Assembly (NCBI RefSeq): GCF_036588685.1
Contig: NC_086384.1
Location: forward strand, 42,036,001 to 42,100,000
Source: Mytilus trossulus
Taxonomy: Eukaryota
Length of the DNA: 64,000 nucleotides
Direction of reading: 5' to 3'
Shown here: positions 24,653-39,829 of the stretch, one piece after another
Layout: the number at the start of each line of letters is the position of its first letter
Position numbering within the stretch: position 1 is the stretch's first letter
Notes under the pieces: generated by a model
The model's database searches: none
The model's input: only the letters and a program-made list of their open reading frames with translations
What the model was told of the DNA's origin: nothing
Position numbers and translations under genes: made by a program

Positions 24653-26760
24653 TTAACGGCTTTTTATTGATTGAAAAACTATGTGTTTTCACATGATTAA
24701 TTAAACCATAGAGAATACGTTTAAAAACTGTCTAGAATAATAATTATCACTTATTAATTATTGTCTAGAAAAATTGAAATTAAAACTTCGTTTTAAAGTT
24801 ATTTACCTATTTCTCGCGTTTGACTTTACCCATGTGATCAAACAGAAGACGAATCTTTATTTGTGAAAAAAAGTACACATAAAACTGTTTGAATGCACCA
24901 AGCTACATGTAAGACATTATTACGACAGGTGCTCATTTCGTCTACATAGGACATTTGGAATTTAAAAAAAAAACTTATACGAAAAAAGCTTTGAAACCAC
25001 ACATTCCGTTTGTACAAAAAATAAGAGTTTTTGTTCATAGGTAATTCTTCATAGGTACTATTTCTGTATCAAAACCCTGTAGTACTGAGACCCTACTTTT
25101 AATGTTCAGTACTATTTTCTTACTTTAAGAATATTGTAATATATATTTTTCAGTACTTGATTTAAACTTGAAATGTTAGCATTACAGAATTTTTGTTACA
25201 ATGTTATATTTTCAACATTTTTAAACTTTGTTTGTTTCAAATCTCTTCAATTTATGATTTTAAAACAAGAAATATTGTTTACAAATGAAGTACTGTAAGA
25301 TACCTAAATATTGCGATTATTTTAAAGAAAAGAAAATGTACTAAATATTAAAAGTAAATAACCAGTAATACAGATCCTTAGTACATAAATAGTACATATG
25401 CAAAAGTGGAGGTATAGGACTTTTGATCGTCAATTATCAGAAACACTATAAAACAATGATATGAACAATAACATGTTATTTTATAGCATTAAACACATTT
25501 TAAAACCAAGACTGTATAACCTGAGATAAATAGACATGGAATAGGCAAAATGATAACATTGTTAATAAAAAAACAAAAATGGCCTGATTAATAATCCCTA
25601 GCACATGAAATATGCATATAAAAGGATTTGAACTATAATTTTAAATCTGCATGTATCAGTGGGACGTCTAATCATTGGGTCTCGAATGAAAACAGACGGA
25701 AATTAATCTAAAACAGAAAACATAATTGAAACCATAAATTTCGTTATTTGGAAATTATGAGTAGTGATATATTTTCGAAATGGATATTATCAGTCAGACT
25801 ATATGGCAATGGAGTAAACAATTATAAAACCCATGGCACATAAAGCAAACAAAAAAGAATGCCTGGGGGTTAGTCACATTCATAACATTGTAAATGAAAA
25901 ACAACAACGACCTGAATTACACTGTATCACCATATAAAACAGTATGAAAGACAGTAACTAACGATACATACTTGGAAAGGGAAGCAATCAGTGAGATATT
26001 GCCTGTATTATTGGACATACTAAATTCTGACGAGACTGACCTCAAACATTTCCCTCTCAAAAAAGAGTAAGAGTATTCGCAATATGTTGTCAAGTCAAAA
26101 CCACGATCTCAACTAGCATGACTAGGATATACATAATTTTCCATAACCTTGTAGAAGATATATCATAGGAGTAATTTGTAATGTAATCGTTGATCACACT
26201 ATAGAAGTTTTCGTCATTTCCTAATGACATCACACATCTAGCAAATACTGAGAGCAAACGTCCCATAGATGTAATGGAAGCACAACATAAGTCATATGCT
26301 GGTACCTTGCACTGATAACCAAATTTTCTTTTCTTTACCCCACACCTATTACAAAAATCATATTGAACGAGCAAACCATCAAGTAACAAGCGAATAAATC
26401 GAAAGGCAATCAGGCATATGCCTATTTTTGATGATTTCAATATTTGTCTAATTCTAAGCCACACATGTAATTATTTAAGAGTTGTAAGGTTTTTACTAGT
26501 GCTGATAAAATCACTGGCATAGTTTTCTCGTGTGGATTCAAAATTTAGAAATGATCTCTAAATAATACCATTAAAAATGAAATATAATTACCCTCTAATC
26601 AGTGAACCGGAATTGTGAAACTTTATAGTTGCTATGTCGTTATTTATACAAATAATGTAGAACCATTTTGAATACTCCTTTCTCGTATTTCCTAAATACT
26701 TTTTTTTTAATGATTGTTTCAATTTACTTATCCTCACGTTAACTGTATTTATGTTTATCT

Positions 26761-27322
26761 ATCAAAGGTATCAGGCTTACAATTTAATTCGCTAGACGCG
26801 AGTTTCGTCTTTATATTTATAAGCCTCATCAGTTAAGCTAAGTTGAAAAAAAAAAACAAATTTGAAGAGCATTGAGGACCCGAAATTACAATAAGTTCTT
26901 CCAAATACGCCTAAGATAATCATTCATGAGAAAAGAAAAGCCTTTGTATATAGAAACAATTAAACTTATATAGACAGGAAATTGATAAAAAATAAAATAC
27001 CATACAATTGATATTTGTGTAAACACCGAAGTGCTGACTACTGGGCTTGTGATACCCTTGGGGACTAACCGTTCACCAACAGTATCATCGACAAAGTGGT
27101 GTTAATTAGTATCAAAGGTACCAAGCTTATACTGTAATTCGTCAGACGCGTGTCGTCACAATAAAACTCATCAGTGACGCTTAAGTATAATACAATCCTG
27201 GGATAAGGAAATTCTTAGTATTTCAAAAAATTCATACTTGTTTAGACAGGAATTTTATAAATTTTACTATATAATTGATAATCATGTCAACACCGAAGTG
27301 CAGACTGCTGGGCTTGTGATAT
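26761..27322 (-). mobile_element. Retrozyme-like element, family B, tandem partial dimer with degenerate hammerheads
   Basis: atcaaaggta.ca.gctta at 26761 and 27111 (period 350); hammerhead remnants near 26790-26840 and 27140-27180. Confidence 0.75.
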
Positions 27323-29814
27323 AATGGGGGGTCTACAATTAGCTAAATTTTACTTTTATTGAAAAGATTACACAAATGATCTTAATGAAGATACACAATG
27401 ATAACAAATGATATCAAATTAACATTTACCATTTTGTGTTGATTTAAATATGCGATTTAGGATTTGTATTTTTCAAGAACAAATTCACCTAAATGATGTT
27501 TAAAAAGAAATAATAAAGATTGTTAAAAATAAAAGTTCGATAAAATCACAAAATGTAATCAAATGTACTTAATAATGAAACGTTATGCAACATTATTGGC
27601 AGTCTAAGAACGCATCTGTTATTTTTCAATTGGCTTTAGATTTGAACAGAGATGAGAAACTTTCTGTCAATTTTTCAAAACAAGTTTCTTGATAGTTCTT
27701 AACTAAAACTCGTTTTTGTTTGTTAATTGAAACTGGTATGTTTCCCGTAAACGAAAGTCAGTTTTACACATTTATAAAACCTACTCAATTAGTTTGAACA
27801 TTTTAAATAAGCATGATCAAACTTTAATTCTCATACCCGACTGTTGTTTTTGCTGTGTAATTGTTGTTCGCGTTTCATAAACTTGTGTAATGCATTGTAT
27901 TGAATTGTTGGTAATTTAAAGATTCTACACTGCACAGAGGAATCAACTTTAAACAATACTATTTGATACTTGCATTTGTCATCGTCTTTTGTTCAATCTT
28001 TATTTAATGACTAAAAACAAGCATTTCTAAAATCATAAATTAAGGTTATCATGAAAACTCTGCTTTGATGTTAATTCATTTGTAATAGACAATTTTGTAC
28101 TAATTATATGTTCTATCATAATAAATTTTCCAAAACGATTTGATTACGTTTTACATAATAGGACAATAGTAACATAGGCAAATCACAGTGGCACAGGACG
28201 AAATTAATCATTATTAGTAATTAAATCTTCCAAACGTATGCCATATATCACTCTACACAAACTGCTGTTATACACGTTTTTTTTTTGCTGTGTATGAAAG
28301 GTAAAGTTATGGTAATTTGGTTCGACTCGTCCCTTTACAAATGTAACTTTACTGCACATATAATGAAAATCTAAACATTGGTGGAAAACAGATAAATGCA
28401 AACAGTTATGACACATGCAATTGTACAGTTTAACTATTCATGATCATTAATCATCGAACCTAAAATAGCCAAATTATTTCTATGGAGATTTTTAACTAAG
28501 GGAGTTGTTTATTTCTTTGCCTGTTTTTATTCTGTAGTTTGTCATTTGGTCCCTTTTTGTTGTGGATATTTATTTCCCAGAGGGTATCACCAGCCTAGTA
28601 GTCAGCATTTTTGTGTTGACTTGAGTTATCATTGATATAGTCATAATCATAAATTAACTGTTAACAAAATGTTGAATTTTTGAAATACTAAGGATTTTAT
28701 ACATCAGGATTATATAACCTTAGTAGTATTTGGCAAACCTTTAAGACATATTTGGTCCTCCATGCTCTTCAACTGCGTACGTTATTTGGCACTTTAACAG
28801 TTTTTGATTCCAGCGTCAGTGATGAATCTTTTGAAAATGAAACACGTGTCTGACGTAAATATAAAGTTTTAATCCTGGTATCTATGAGTTTATTTGTTAT
28901 ATTTTTGCCTAGGCATTTTCAACTCATGAGTTTGATTGTTTCTTTTCCCTAATGCAATGGCAAAATCAAAAGTTCAAACACTTCAAACGAACGAGTGACA
29001 CCTGTCATATTCTTGACTTGAGACAGGCATTTACATATGTAGAAAATGGTTGATTAAACGTCGTTTTATAGCTAGCTAAACTACTGTTATCATAATGTAT
29101 CTGAAATCTCTATGTAATATCTTCGTGTTAAAACATTAGAATCATTTTATCATGTTTATGCTGTACTTTTGAAATATTTTTCCTTTTCAGATGTTGCTGT
29201 TAACAACCTGTTTTGACTTATATTTCGTGCCAATCTGCTTTTAATCCATAGCGTCATGTACATTTACACCTTTTTACATGAAATTAACCTTAATCTTTTA
29301 ATCTGTAAGTTAAAAATTAATTTGCCTTTATATATAGCTATGATTATATTGTCATAAAAAAGTTTAATATAGTCAAACTCATCATTTGTATTTGCACCAG
29401 CCGCCTGTTTCGTCTTCACAAGACTCATCAGTGACGCTCGAATAAAAAAAGTAGAAAGGCCAAATAAAGTACGAAGTTGAATAACATTGAAGGCCATAAA
29501 TTCCTAAAAGTTCTGCAAAATTCAGGTAAGGTAATATATTTACTCACTTTTAGTGAATGACCTTCATAGAGAGTATACGAATTGAAAATATTTACTTTTC
29601 AATCAAACATCAACTCTTTTTTTACTTTTTAAATAAATCTTATATAAAAATCTTATTACAATGTTTAGTCAGAGGAATTAAAGTCCTGTCCAACCACCCT
29701 TATGCTGAATTCAGAAGGAAATTACCAAATCTAGAAATTCTCATATACAAATGCTATCTGACAAAAATGTCTGATCAGAAGAAGAAGATTGATACATGTA
29801 GGAACACAACTTAA

Positions 29815-30165
29815 AGTTACTGATGGATTTAGTCGAAGATTATGCTTAGAAGTGGGTTACGTGTGAAAAAGAAGACGTATATACACCGTTCGATTGAGTG
29901 AAGGTAGTCAGGTCGTATAAGTAATTAGAATAACAAAAAAACCAACAAGAAAACTGGTTCTTTGTTTACATATGCTACATCTATCTTTAAAGATCCGAAC
30001 CATTTATACTCCATTCTTAATGAGATGTCATGGATATTCATATAATTATCAGAACGAAGTTTTAGGTCGTATTCTGGCATCTATTCTACTTTGATTTCCA
30101 TGTGTTGTTGTTTACGCAGATAAAGCACCAAACATCGTCGTCGAGTGTAAATACAACTCCTCATA
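29815..30165 (+). pseudogene. Degenerate PLE ORF fragment
   Basis: LMDLVEDYA*KWVTCEKEDV...IFKDP...VVYADKAPNIVVECKY, similar to the relic at 16750-17320; a degenerate hammerhead repeat follows directly (about 30170-30475). Confidence 0.6.
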
Positions 30166-32652
30166 GATGCGAGGATCAAAAATTTATATTTGCGCCAGAC
30201 GCTCGTTTTGTCTCCAAATACTGATCAGTTCATTTGAATGAAAAAATGTTTAGAAGGCCAAATAAATTACGAAGTTGAAAAGCATCGAGGAACAATAATT
30301 TCTACAGGTTTTGCCAAATACAGCTAAAGTAACATATTCCTGAGGTAGAAAAGCCTCTAGGTTAGTTTTTTAAACAATCAAAGTTTTGTAAACAGTTAAT
30401 TTATTATTATGACCATATCAAGGATAATTCATGTCAACACAGAAGTGCTGACTACTGGGCTGGTGATACCCTTGACCAATCAAATCACATATACTACGGA
30501 ATAAAGGAGTAACGTACTGTGAATTTACTCACAACTCGAAATAAACCCCCTAAACACGGACACAGGGGGTAATCCCAAATATGTATACGTCTGTTCTTTT
30601 TACGTTTGAATTTTCATTTAAATGTGTATAGATTGCTTCACTTTCTTAATTTTTTAACATCTATATTATCAGCAATTAAAGAAGGGCTTCTAAATTTTTG
30701 CCAAACTATTTACACTAGGGGTGGTGTGAATCAGAAGCTGGAGACAATTACCCTTTGCATACGTATAACCCATCGCAAACTAAAACACGAATTGCGAGAA
30801 CCTGTCTTGCTTGGTCATGTTGTTTACTTGAAGTAGTCTTAACGTGTAAGATAAAACTTAAATCAGACGGATTATGACGTCTTTACACCAGATCAAGTGA
30901 ATGTGTGAGCTTATTAGAAGAAGTTTAATCTATAAGTGAACCAACATGACATTATTGTGAGTACTATGTCTTTGTCAGTATTGATTGTTTTTATGCTTCG
31001 TGTTCCAATCTGATATATCAACTATTTTTTTAAATTAACATGCAGAATAGTTAATATTGTCATAATAAGTTATGATACTTACGATACTAAGGCGACATTA
31101 ATAAATCGAAAGAAAAACAATTATATACAAAACATAAATTAGAAAATTTAATACTGATCCCAACATAAAACCTAGGTGTGCTTGAAGGCTGAGAAAATCA
31201 TGCTCCGCATATTGCACCCGACACATTGCGCAATCAAGAACAAACCCGGTTCTTTTTTAGGTCTAATACAATAAGTCACAAAATGGTTACATAACGTAGA
31301 AGTTTTCAAATATTTATGCTATTTTTTGTATCTCAGTAGTATATAACCTTGCTTGTGGCTTTATTTGATTAAACTTCTTGGAATTCTAGTTCCTTAATTC
31401 ATTACAACTTCAAAATCTAGTTGGTATTTCGAACCTTTTTGATTGGAGAGTTACTGATGAGTATTTTGCAGACGAAACGCGGGTCTTTGATACAAACCTT
31501 TTACCCTGGAAACCATGACCACTTTATGATAAGTCAATGGGTGTTTTTTTTCTTCTAATGTATATTTTCTCCAACATTGTTTGTGCAGGATAACCATTTT
31601 ATTCACACTTTATATTGTGCACACTGTTGGATTGAAGATCATAATTATATGTTTAACAACCTATATCATCTATAGTGAAATCGGCTGCTATTTTAAGCAG
31701 ATCATTCAACTGAATGGAATGATAATTTACTATGTTTCTGTAATGTTAGATGCACATTATATTTTGAATATCATTGAACAAATTTATGTTTATTAAGCCA
31801 TAATAAAAAAAAATTAGTGATTTAAAACAACACGAATAAAACTACAACTGTTACAGTAAAATATGTATTGTTGACTTTAGAATATTGGCGGTTCCATATA
31901 ATTGTTTCTTTTCCGAAAGATGGTTGTTGACTTTTATTTATCCCGGTTTTTATCGAGTGCAAATAAAACTCTGGCTTTATTTTTCTTAAGTTGTATTTTA
32001 TATTTTCTATACCCATCTTGAAAATATTGGAGAAAGAGCTCAATAAATGTAACATTTGTACCTCGTCAGCATTTATCTTTTTATAACGGTTTCCTACATT
32101 ATACATGTAATAGAAAGAAATTACAATTTACCCCTTTCTTTTTGACAACTTAATGATAGTAGTTTTTATGTTATTAGCTTGTTTTTAATAATTAAAATTT
32201 GACACATTTCTTTATTATAGCCAAAATAAATGCCACAATTGTTTCATTCTTTATAATATCTTATTGATGATTTTAAATTTTCCTTGATTACTAGTATGTA
32301 TAAGTCAAGCCAAATTTATTGATCATCTTTTTTTTTCTATGAAACTTCGATCAAGAGTCACACATTTCTATCAAGTTTATAACTAAAGATATATACTTTT
32401 TGCATTTTATAATTACAAAAAAATGGGTTATATTTGCAAATAAACATATTCCTATACTAGTCTTGACCTTTCAATTTTATTTTGGAACCTTTTGATCCAT
32501 TAACAGAGTACTTTCTGCTTGCTAGAAGTGTCTCAACTAATACAAAAATCAGATCACACAACGGACATCATTGTCGAATTCAGCAAAAGATATTACAATA
32601 GTTTTTTTATCTACTAGTTATTTAAAATAAATCCAGATGAAATATCATACAA

Positions 32653-35069
32653 GTCCTAGGCCTAATCTACACTTGCTACAATTCTCTTTCTATTATTTCT
32701 CTCTTACTAATTTATATGTTTACTGATAAGTGCCAGCCTACTGATTGCCCTTGGAGAATGCTACAATTCCCTTTCTATTATTTCTCTCTTACTAATTTAT
32801 ATGTTTACTGATAAGTGCCAGCTTACTGATTGCCCTTGTAGAATTCCTCCTGCATATGTCAGTATAATTGTAATCACCTAATTATAGCATTAAAATTATT
32901 AAAGGGGCAAAATTGAAAAAAAAAGAAAAACATAATTAGGAAGGGATATGTAGCAACTTTGTTCCTAATCCAATGTAAAAACTCTTTTTTAAATCCCATT
33001 TTTAATTGTAATTTCCTGAAAATGTATTGGATTAAATCAAAACCTTTTAAAAAGTCCAAATATAGCATTCCCTCATTTTCTATAAAATGTTCACCATAAA
33101 CAACTATATTTTGAATTTTTCGTTCAATCAAACGTATTATTTTCCACAACTATTTGAGGGTTGATGCTTAAGCAAGAATTTAAATCAATATTTAATAATA
33201 TATTTGATATTAATATTTTGATTTTGTGTCTCATTTTTTTTTAAAGAATTTCAAATAATGTCCGCCTATACTCGTCGATTTGTTCAGTTTAATTCAATCA
33301 CCGCAACTGTAGTTTCTCAAGGGATTCCTAGTCGTGATATTTTTGTTTTATCTCTTTCCTGGGTTTTGTTTTCTGTTTTGGTGTTTTTAATATACTCTTT
33401 TATCTACCTTAATGTATTTAGATTTGTCGATTTTAAAGCTTGTCAGTTTGTATTACTTCAGAATTTTATTGTAGTGAATTGTTATTTTTTTTTTAGCTTT
33501 ACTTTCAATGTTGTACAGTTCTACTGTTTTTGGTTTTTCGAAATTATATCTTCTATCCATTTTGCTCCTGCTCTTAATTGAGTTGGTTTAAAAGGTATAT
33601 TTGATGTAACAGATCAGATATATATTTTTTTATGCTCCACCTACGATAGTAGAGGGGCATTATGTTTTCTGGTATGTACGTCCGTTCGTCCGTTTGTCTG
33701 TCTCTTTGTTCGTTCGTCCGTTCGTCCCGCTTCAGGTTTAAATTTTTGGTCAAGGTTGTTTTTGATGAAGTTGAAGTGCAATCAACTTGGTACACATGTT
33801 CCTTTTGATATGATTTTGCTAATTTTAATGCCAGATAATAGTTTCTACCCCAATTTCACGGTCCTAGGCCTAATCTACACTTGCTACAATTCTCTTTCTA
33901 TTATTTCTCTCTTACTAATTTATATGTTTACTGATAAGTGCCAGCCTACTGATTGCCCTTGGAGAATGCTACAATTCCCTTTCTATTATTTCTCTCTTAC
34001 TAATTTATATGTTTACTGATAAGTGCCAGCTTACTGATTGCCCTTGTAGAATTCCTCCTGCATATGTCAGTATAATTGTAATCACCTAATTATAGCATTA
34101 AAATTATTAAAGGGGCAAAATTGAAAAAAAAAGAAAAACATAATTAGGAAGGGATATGTAGCAACTTTGTTCCTAATCCAATGTAAAAACTCTTTTTTAA
34201 ATCCCATTTTTAATTGTAATTTCCTGAAAATGTATTGGATTAAATCAAAACCTTTTAAAAAGTCCAAATATAGCATTCCCTCATTTTCTATAAAATGTTC
34301 ACCATAAACAACTATATTTTGAATTTTTCGTTCAATCAAACGTATTATTTTCCACAACTATTTGAGGGTTGATGCTTAAGCAAGAATTTAAATCAATATT
34401 TAATAATATATTTGATATTAATATTTTGATTTTGTGTCTCATTTTTTTTTTAAAGAATTTCAAATAATGTCCGCCTATACTCGTCGATTTGTTCCGTTTA
34501 ATTCAATCACCGCAACTGTAGTTTCTCAAGGGATTCCTAGTCGTGATATTTTTGTTTTATCTCTTTCCTGGGTTTTGTTTTCTGTTTTGGTGTTTTTAAT
34601 ATACTCTTTTATCTACCTTAATGTATTTAGATTTGTCGATTTTAAAGCTTGTCAGTTTGTATTACTTCAGAATTTTATTGTAGTGAATTGTTATTTTTTT
34701 TTTAGCTTTACTTTCAATGTTGTACAGTTCTACTGTTTTTGGTTTTTCGAAATTATATCTTCTATCCATTTTGCTCCTGCTCTTAATTGAGTTGGTTTAA
34801 AAGGTATATTTGATGTAACAGATCAGATATATATTTTTTTATGCTCCACCTACGATAGTAGAGGGGCATTATGTTTTCTGGTATGTACGTCCGTTCGTCC
34901 GTTTGTCTGTCTCTTTGTTCGTTCGTCCGTTCGTCCCGCTTCAGGTTTAAATTTTTGGTCAAGGTTGTTTTTGATGAAGTTGAAGTGCAATCAACTTGGT
35001 ACACATGTTTCTTTTGATATGATTTTGCTAATTTTAATGCCAGATAATAGTTTCTACCCCAATTTCACG
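32653..35069. repeat. Tandem duplication, 2 x ~1208 bp (32653-33860, 33861-35069)
   Basis: Near-identical copies (the ORF track shows duplicated spurious ORFs); only about 3 differences seen; each unit begins with a 2 x 85-bp sub-repeat. Confidence 0.95.
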
Positions 35070-35134
35070 GTCCACTGAACATAGAAAATAATAGTGCGAG
35101 TGGGGCATCCGTGTACTAGGCACACATTCTTGTT
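34836..35134. mobile_element. Helentron-associated (HINE-like) short element; truncated copy at about 33627-33864
   Basis: ttttt-atgctccacctacgatagtagaggggcat terminal hairpin, (cgtc/cgtt)n microsatellite, subterminal gtggggcat repeat, ends cttgtt. Confidence 0.65.
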
Positions 35135-36504
35135 TATAAATTATTCAGAAATATAACTGCGGTTTGCATTTTGTCTCGACTATTTTGTTATGTGTGTGTG
35201 CGTTTCTCTGTGATGAGTGGCCTTGTGTGTGCTTGTTCTGTTTCTGTCACGTAGATCTGTCATTTTCGCAATATTTTTTAACATTGTCATATGAGCGGGA
35301 AGTTTGGTTTTACAGAAAACGTGGTCCAACCCAACACATTCCTTTAAATGTCCTTTACCAAGTCAGGAATCCGGCAGTTGTTATCAAATAGTTCGTTTTA
35401 ACTTATGTTGGCGTTTGTTTTTCTCTTGTTGCACTTCATTAATCGTGTTGTTTCCCTATTTTAATTTCTTCTTGTTGTTGATGTGTTTCCCCCGGTTTTA
35501 GTTTTTAACCCGATTTTGTTTTTGTCTCAATCTATTGATGACGTTTGAACCTCGGTATACTGGGGGAATTACAATTGGGAATACATCATGTTCGATAAAC
35601 GTACAGAACAGACGTCTATAGAAGTAGGTAAAGATTTAAGACACCGAAAATTTGTGTCGGTCAACCAATTCAGGAAGTTGAGAGTTAAATTGCTGTAGTG
35701 TCTGTGTTAATCACATTTGCAGGTATCTGTTCCAGCACTTATCTACAAAGAACAAGCACTCTCCTGTTATTGAAGACCGTATGAGAGTAAACATGTGCGA
35801 AATTGACTTTAGGAAAAAATATGTAAGCGCTATTCGATGGCGCAAAAGGTATGTTACTGCTTAGAAATTAAACATTTGGAAAGTTGAATTCGTGATGTTC
35901 GTCATAAATTCTAGTCGTGCATCTGTTTCAATATCCAAAAACAGATAAAAATATAAAGCAGAACAAATAATTTTAGCCGTGCCAACAATCTCATGCTAAC
36001 CGAGATATATCAGTGATATTTTGATTTAATGTATGCATGATATATAATGGGATATTAGTTACTGACATATTTTGTTCTGATATTATATATATAAAAACTC
36101 TGCAGAATGAACCTGTACTCATCGAATAAAACTAAATTGCACCCATTTCTTTTGGTAGATTGATTTTCGTCGATGTGTTACATTACAGCAAATGTAGCAT
36201 GTAGAAATTAACTTTTTAAGGAGATGAATGGAGGCAGAACTCAAACATTTTTTTTTAATTGATATTGTCTATATAGTGTTATCTATATTTTTCCCAACTG
36301 TATTTGGTATTATTGTATTATAGCAGTAAATGTGTGTGTTTAATTTCATTTTTAATTAATGTTATGTATTTAGGATCAATAATAGCAATCAATATACTAG
36401 ACAATTGATCTGTCAAATAAATAACCACGACCACAATTTTTAAATAAAACATAACTATTTAATGATTTCCATGCAAATTTATATTAAAACTATCAAAATT
36501 GAAA

Positions 36505-36604
36505 AAAACGTCCGGTTAACCGGTTAGCATTTTTGGTATTCGGTATTCGGTCGTTCGACCGGTGAACCGGTTAACCGGTTAACCGATTAACCGTTGACAA
36601 CACT
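36505..36604. repeat. End of a hAT-like MITE with palindromic aaccggtt subterminal repeats
   Basis: Repeated aaccggtt units ending ...ccgttgacaacacta; the partner end was not found. Confidence 0.5.
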
Positions 36605-38562
36605 AATTATTACCTATATATTGTTTAATCGTTTTAATATTGTATGCTCCAGAATGATAGAAAACGTGTGTTTTCTTACCGACAGCTTTTGATTAATTGT
36701 ACGTTACTTTCACTTTGCTTTTACCGGAAGTCACGAGTATTATTATAGATATAGACAATCGAAATCATATAATTTGTAGACAGTCCTAGGCCTGAACCTG
36801 TTATAGCTATATTTTTGTATGTATTTTTTTTTCAAAATAGGGATAAAGGTTAGAGTGTTTTATGAAAAGTTTAGGTAGAAGGAAGTTTTATTTAGATTAT
36901 TGTAATAACTTCTTATGATCTATTTATGCACCAACGTTTCGCACCTTTTCACAGGGCTGTATTGACGTCATTTGATCAGACGTTAAGTGCAAAGATATGT
37001 ACCTTAGAAGGACGTTTCCTTATTAGGTCATTGATTTCACTCATATTTGGAATATTTTTCACGCGAAATATCAACACTAGCGTCAGATTTGTAATATGTT
37101 TACAGTTCCAGCTTGTCCCCACCGCCGGCTAGCAGCTTTATTTACGTGTCTCATAAATTTCAAGGTACAATTTTTCTAAAGCAGTAGTTTCTGTTTCTGA
37201 ATATTGCCTTATATATTATGCAATATATTTATTCATGCAGTTCATTAAAATGTTCCAGTTTCCAGTTTTTAACGGAGGCAGAAATTTAATAGTTTTTCTT
37301 GTTTTCTAAATATTATTAGTTTTGAGAATAAAATTTGAAAATGAACTTCAACTTTGAATAGATAGGAGAAAGGTGCGGAAAGTCGTCAATAGTGTCCGTT
37401 TGTTTCAAAAGTTTTGTTGTTGTTAATATATTTTATAATATAGAAAGAGGGTTACGAAACTTCTGACTTATTTATTTGTGTAGTATTTTTCATGTATTTA
37501 TATGGAGAGTTGCTGATAACATCAGTTTTTTTAAAGTTGATTTTGGGTGTACCCGTAGTCTCTGTTAGTGTAATCTATACGGAATATTGTTACTTGTTGA
37601 TTGCTGCTTTATTAGAGCTTTATGTCTGTTAATTCATGTTCCAGTTTTTATCAATATTATGTCTGTTGAATAAAACTTGTTATACATTTTAAACGACTTT
37701 GTGTTTACATTCAGAACATCAAACTAAAGACTGATCTGATACTTTATTACAATACACATAAAAATACAATCCGTTTTACACACACACATAAAAAGGAGAC
37801 TTTTCCGACCTAGAAACTATTTTTGTGTGATATGCAGTATGCAGTTGCGGCAGCAGTAGTAATTCTGAACATTCATATTTCCTGTTTAATTCTTTTGTTG
37901 TTGGTGTCTGTCTGGTCTGTTGGTTGGTTGGTTAGGTTAGAAAGGTTCTCACCGGTTTGCGAACACGTTACAATATTTTACATTGTTAGAAACTAATTAA
38001 TGGTTACTTAGGCCAGACAACTTAATTGAGGGTACTTTTTATTGGTTTGACAGTGAACATTTAGAAACAAATTACTTAATCATTTCTGTCGTCTGCATAC
38101 AATAAGATTTTAAAATAACTTGCTGGTATGGCTTTCTCTGCACCACACCAACCAAACTATCAGAGGTATAACAATGCAAAACAAGTATTAATTAACAAGT
38201 AGATCATATACTGATATTACATTGGACATTGCATAAATAAAAAAAGAAACAAGAAGCAGAATTGCGAAATTTTTATTTATTTAGGGTAAAAGAATGATCT
38301 AACACGAATTAAATGAATATATATCTATACATTAAGACATATGTATATACATTTGGATAACAAAATCATAAAAATACAATAATAAAATGAAAATATTATA
38401 ATACATAATAAGCGTCGACTGGAAATCGGTCAATTAAAGCAAAAGGAAAGATGCAAAAGAATAATTCTTTCCTACACCAAAAATGCCAAGTAATACACAA
38501 AAAATGCCAAGTAATTCGTTTTACTACATAACATTGTGCATGTTGTGTTTCAACCATGTTAA

Positions 38563-39153
38563 GGTGGTATGGGAGCCTAAAATAAAAATGATAGAATTTG
38601 TTCATACTTTGCCAAAACATAGTATCTATTGATATATGTTGAAAAATATAATAGAAATGATGGGTTACCGCGCATTTTATTAAGCTACAGGACGTGACAA
38701 AATGACATATTTTGTATGGATTATTGCAGGATAAAAACACCATTTTCTGATTAGAAAATAAAAAAAAATATAGAATTGTTAAATACTAAAGGAAAAGATA
38801 GCTTTCAGACCATGCTTTGAGAATATGAAAAGAAAAGATAGCGTCACCGTACGTTTTTTCCATCTAAAATACAAAATAGGAAAATTCCATGTAGAATCCT
38901 TCAGAAAATGCACTGTTTTAGAGTTACCTCCCCTTAAAATGTCAATTTGATTTATATAAAAAAAAAAAAAAAAAAAAAATTCAAAAATATTAATACTTAT
39001 AAGTTATTTTCTTATAAATTGGTTCTTTTAAATAAAAAAAATCACATTTAATATCTGCATTCCTGAATCACATTTTACTAACTTGATAGAAAATCTGGAC
39101 CTTTGGTTCTCTGTTTTTTACAATCCAAGTTGGAGGAAGACAACCATACCACC
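38563..39153. mobile_element. TTAA-targeting MITE (Kolobok-like)
   Basis: ttaa|GGTGGTATGG ... CCATACCACC|ttaa. Confidence 0.85.
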
Positions 39154-39602
39154 TTAAAGCGCGGTTAAAAATAATTTATGTGATAACAAACTATACAATT
39201 TGCTGTTATCTAGATGATCAAATAATATAACAAAATTAGTGAATGGTTTAACACTAGTCTTTTTGGGGCCTTTTATACCGTACTGTTCAGTAAAAGTTAA
39301 GGCTCCGTGTTGAAGACCGCACGTTTCATATAATGGTTTCATTTAAATTTACAAAATTGTGACTTTATTGGAGAGTTGACTCTTTGGTTCTTATAACACA
39401 TCTGCTCATATCGAAATGTATAGGTAAAAGAATATATTAAGCGTGTATTTTAAAAGAAATAATGAATTACCAAAGACGTTAAATTCGGAAATGATTGGTC
39501 TACCATTTCACTAGAAATGTCATTAAAATTGTCTATGATTTGTCTACCATTTTACCAATATAAACATGTAGTGTTATATAAAAATAAGGTGATATGTATG
39601 AT

Positions 39603-39829
39603 AACTATAATTAAAGACTCGGTAAACATTCAAGGATTAATATGAAACTAAAGTATAAGCTTATTTCAAAGATCATGAACTATAATTAAACACTTGGTAA
39701 ACATGCAATGGATAATATGACGCTAGAGTATAAGGTTATTTCAAAGATCATGAACTATAATTAAACACTTGGTAAAAATTCAAGGATAACAATGAAACTA
39801 GAGCATACGCTTATTTCAAAGATCATGAA
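39603..39829. repeat. Minisatellite, 3 x 75 bp
   Basis: aactataattaaa...cttatttcaaagatcatg at 39603, 39678 and 39753. Confidence 0.9.

Noticed and set aside
32874-35004. Duplicated ORFs of 91, 107/118 and 73 aa
   Set aside because: Low-complexity AT-rich translations, repeated only because of the tandem duplication; no protein motifs.
37940-38115. LINE RT-like words (LLYADD; GENLS) on the - strand
   Set aside because: Motifs are in the wrong order with no continuous frame; too degraded to call.
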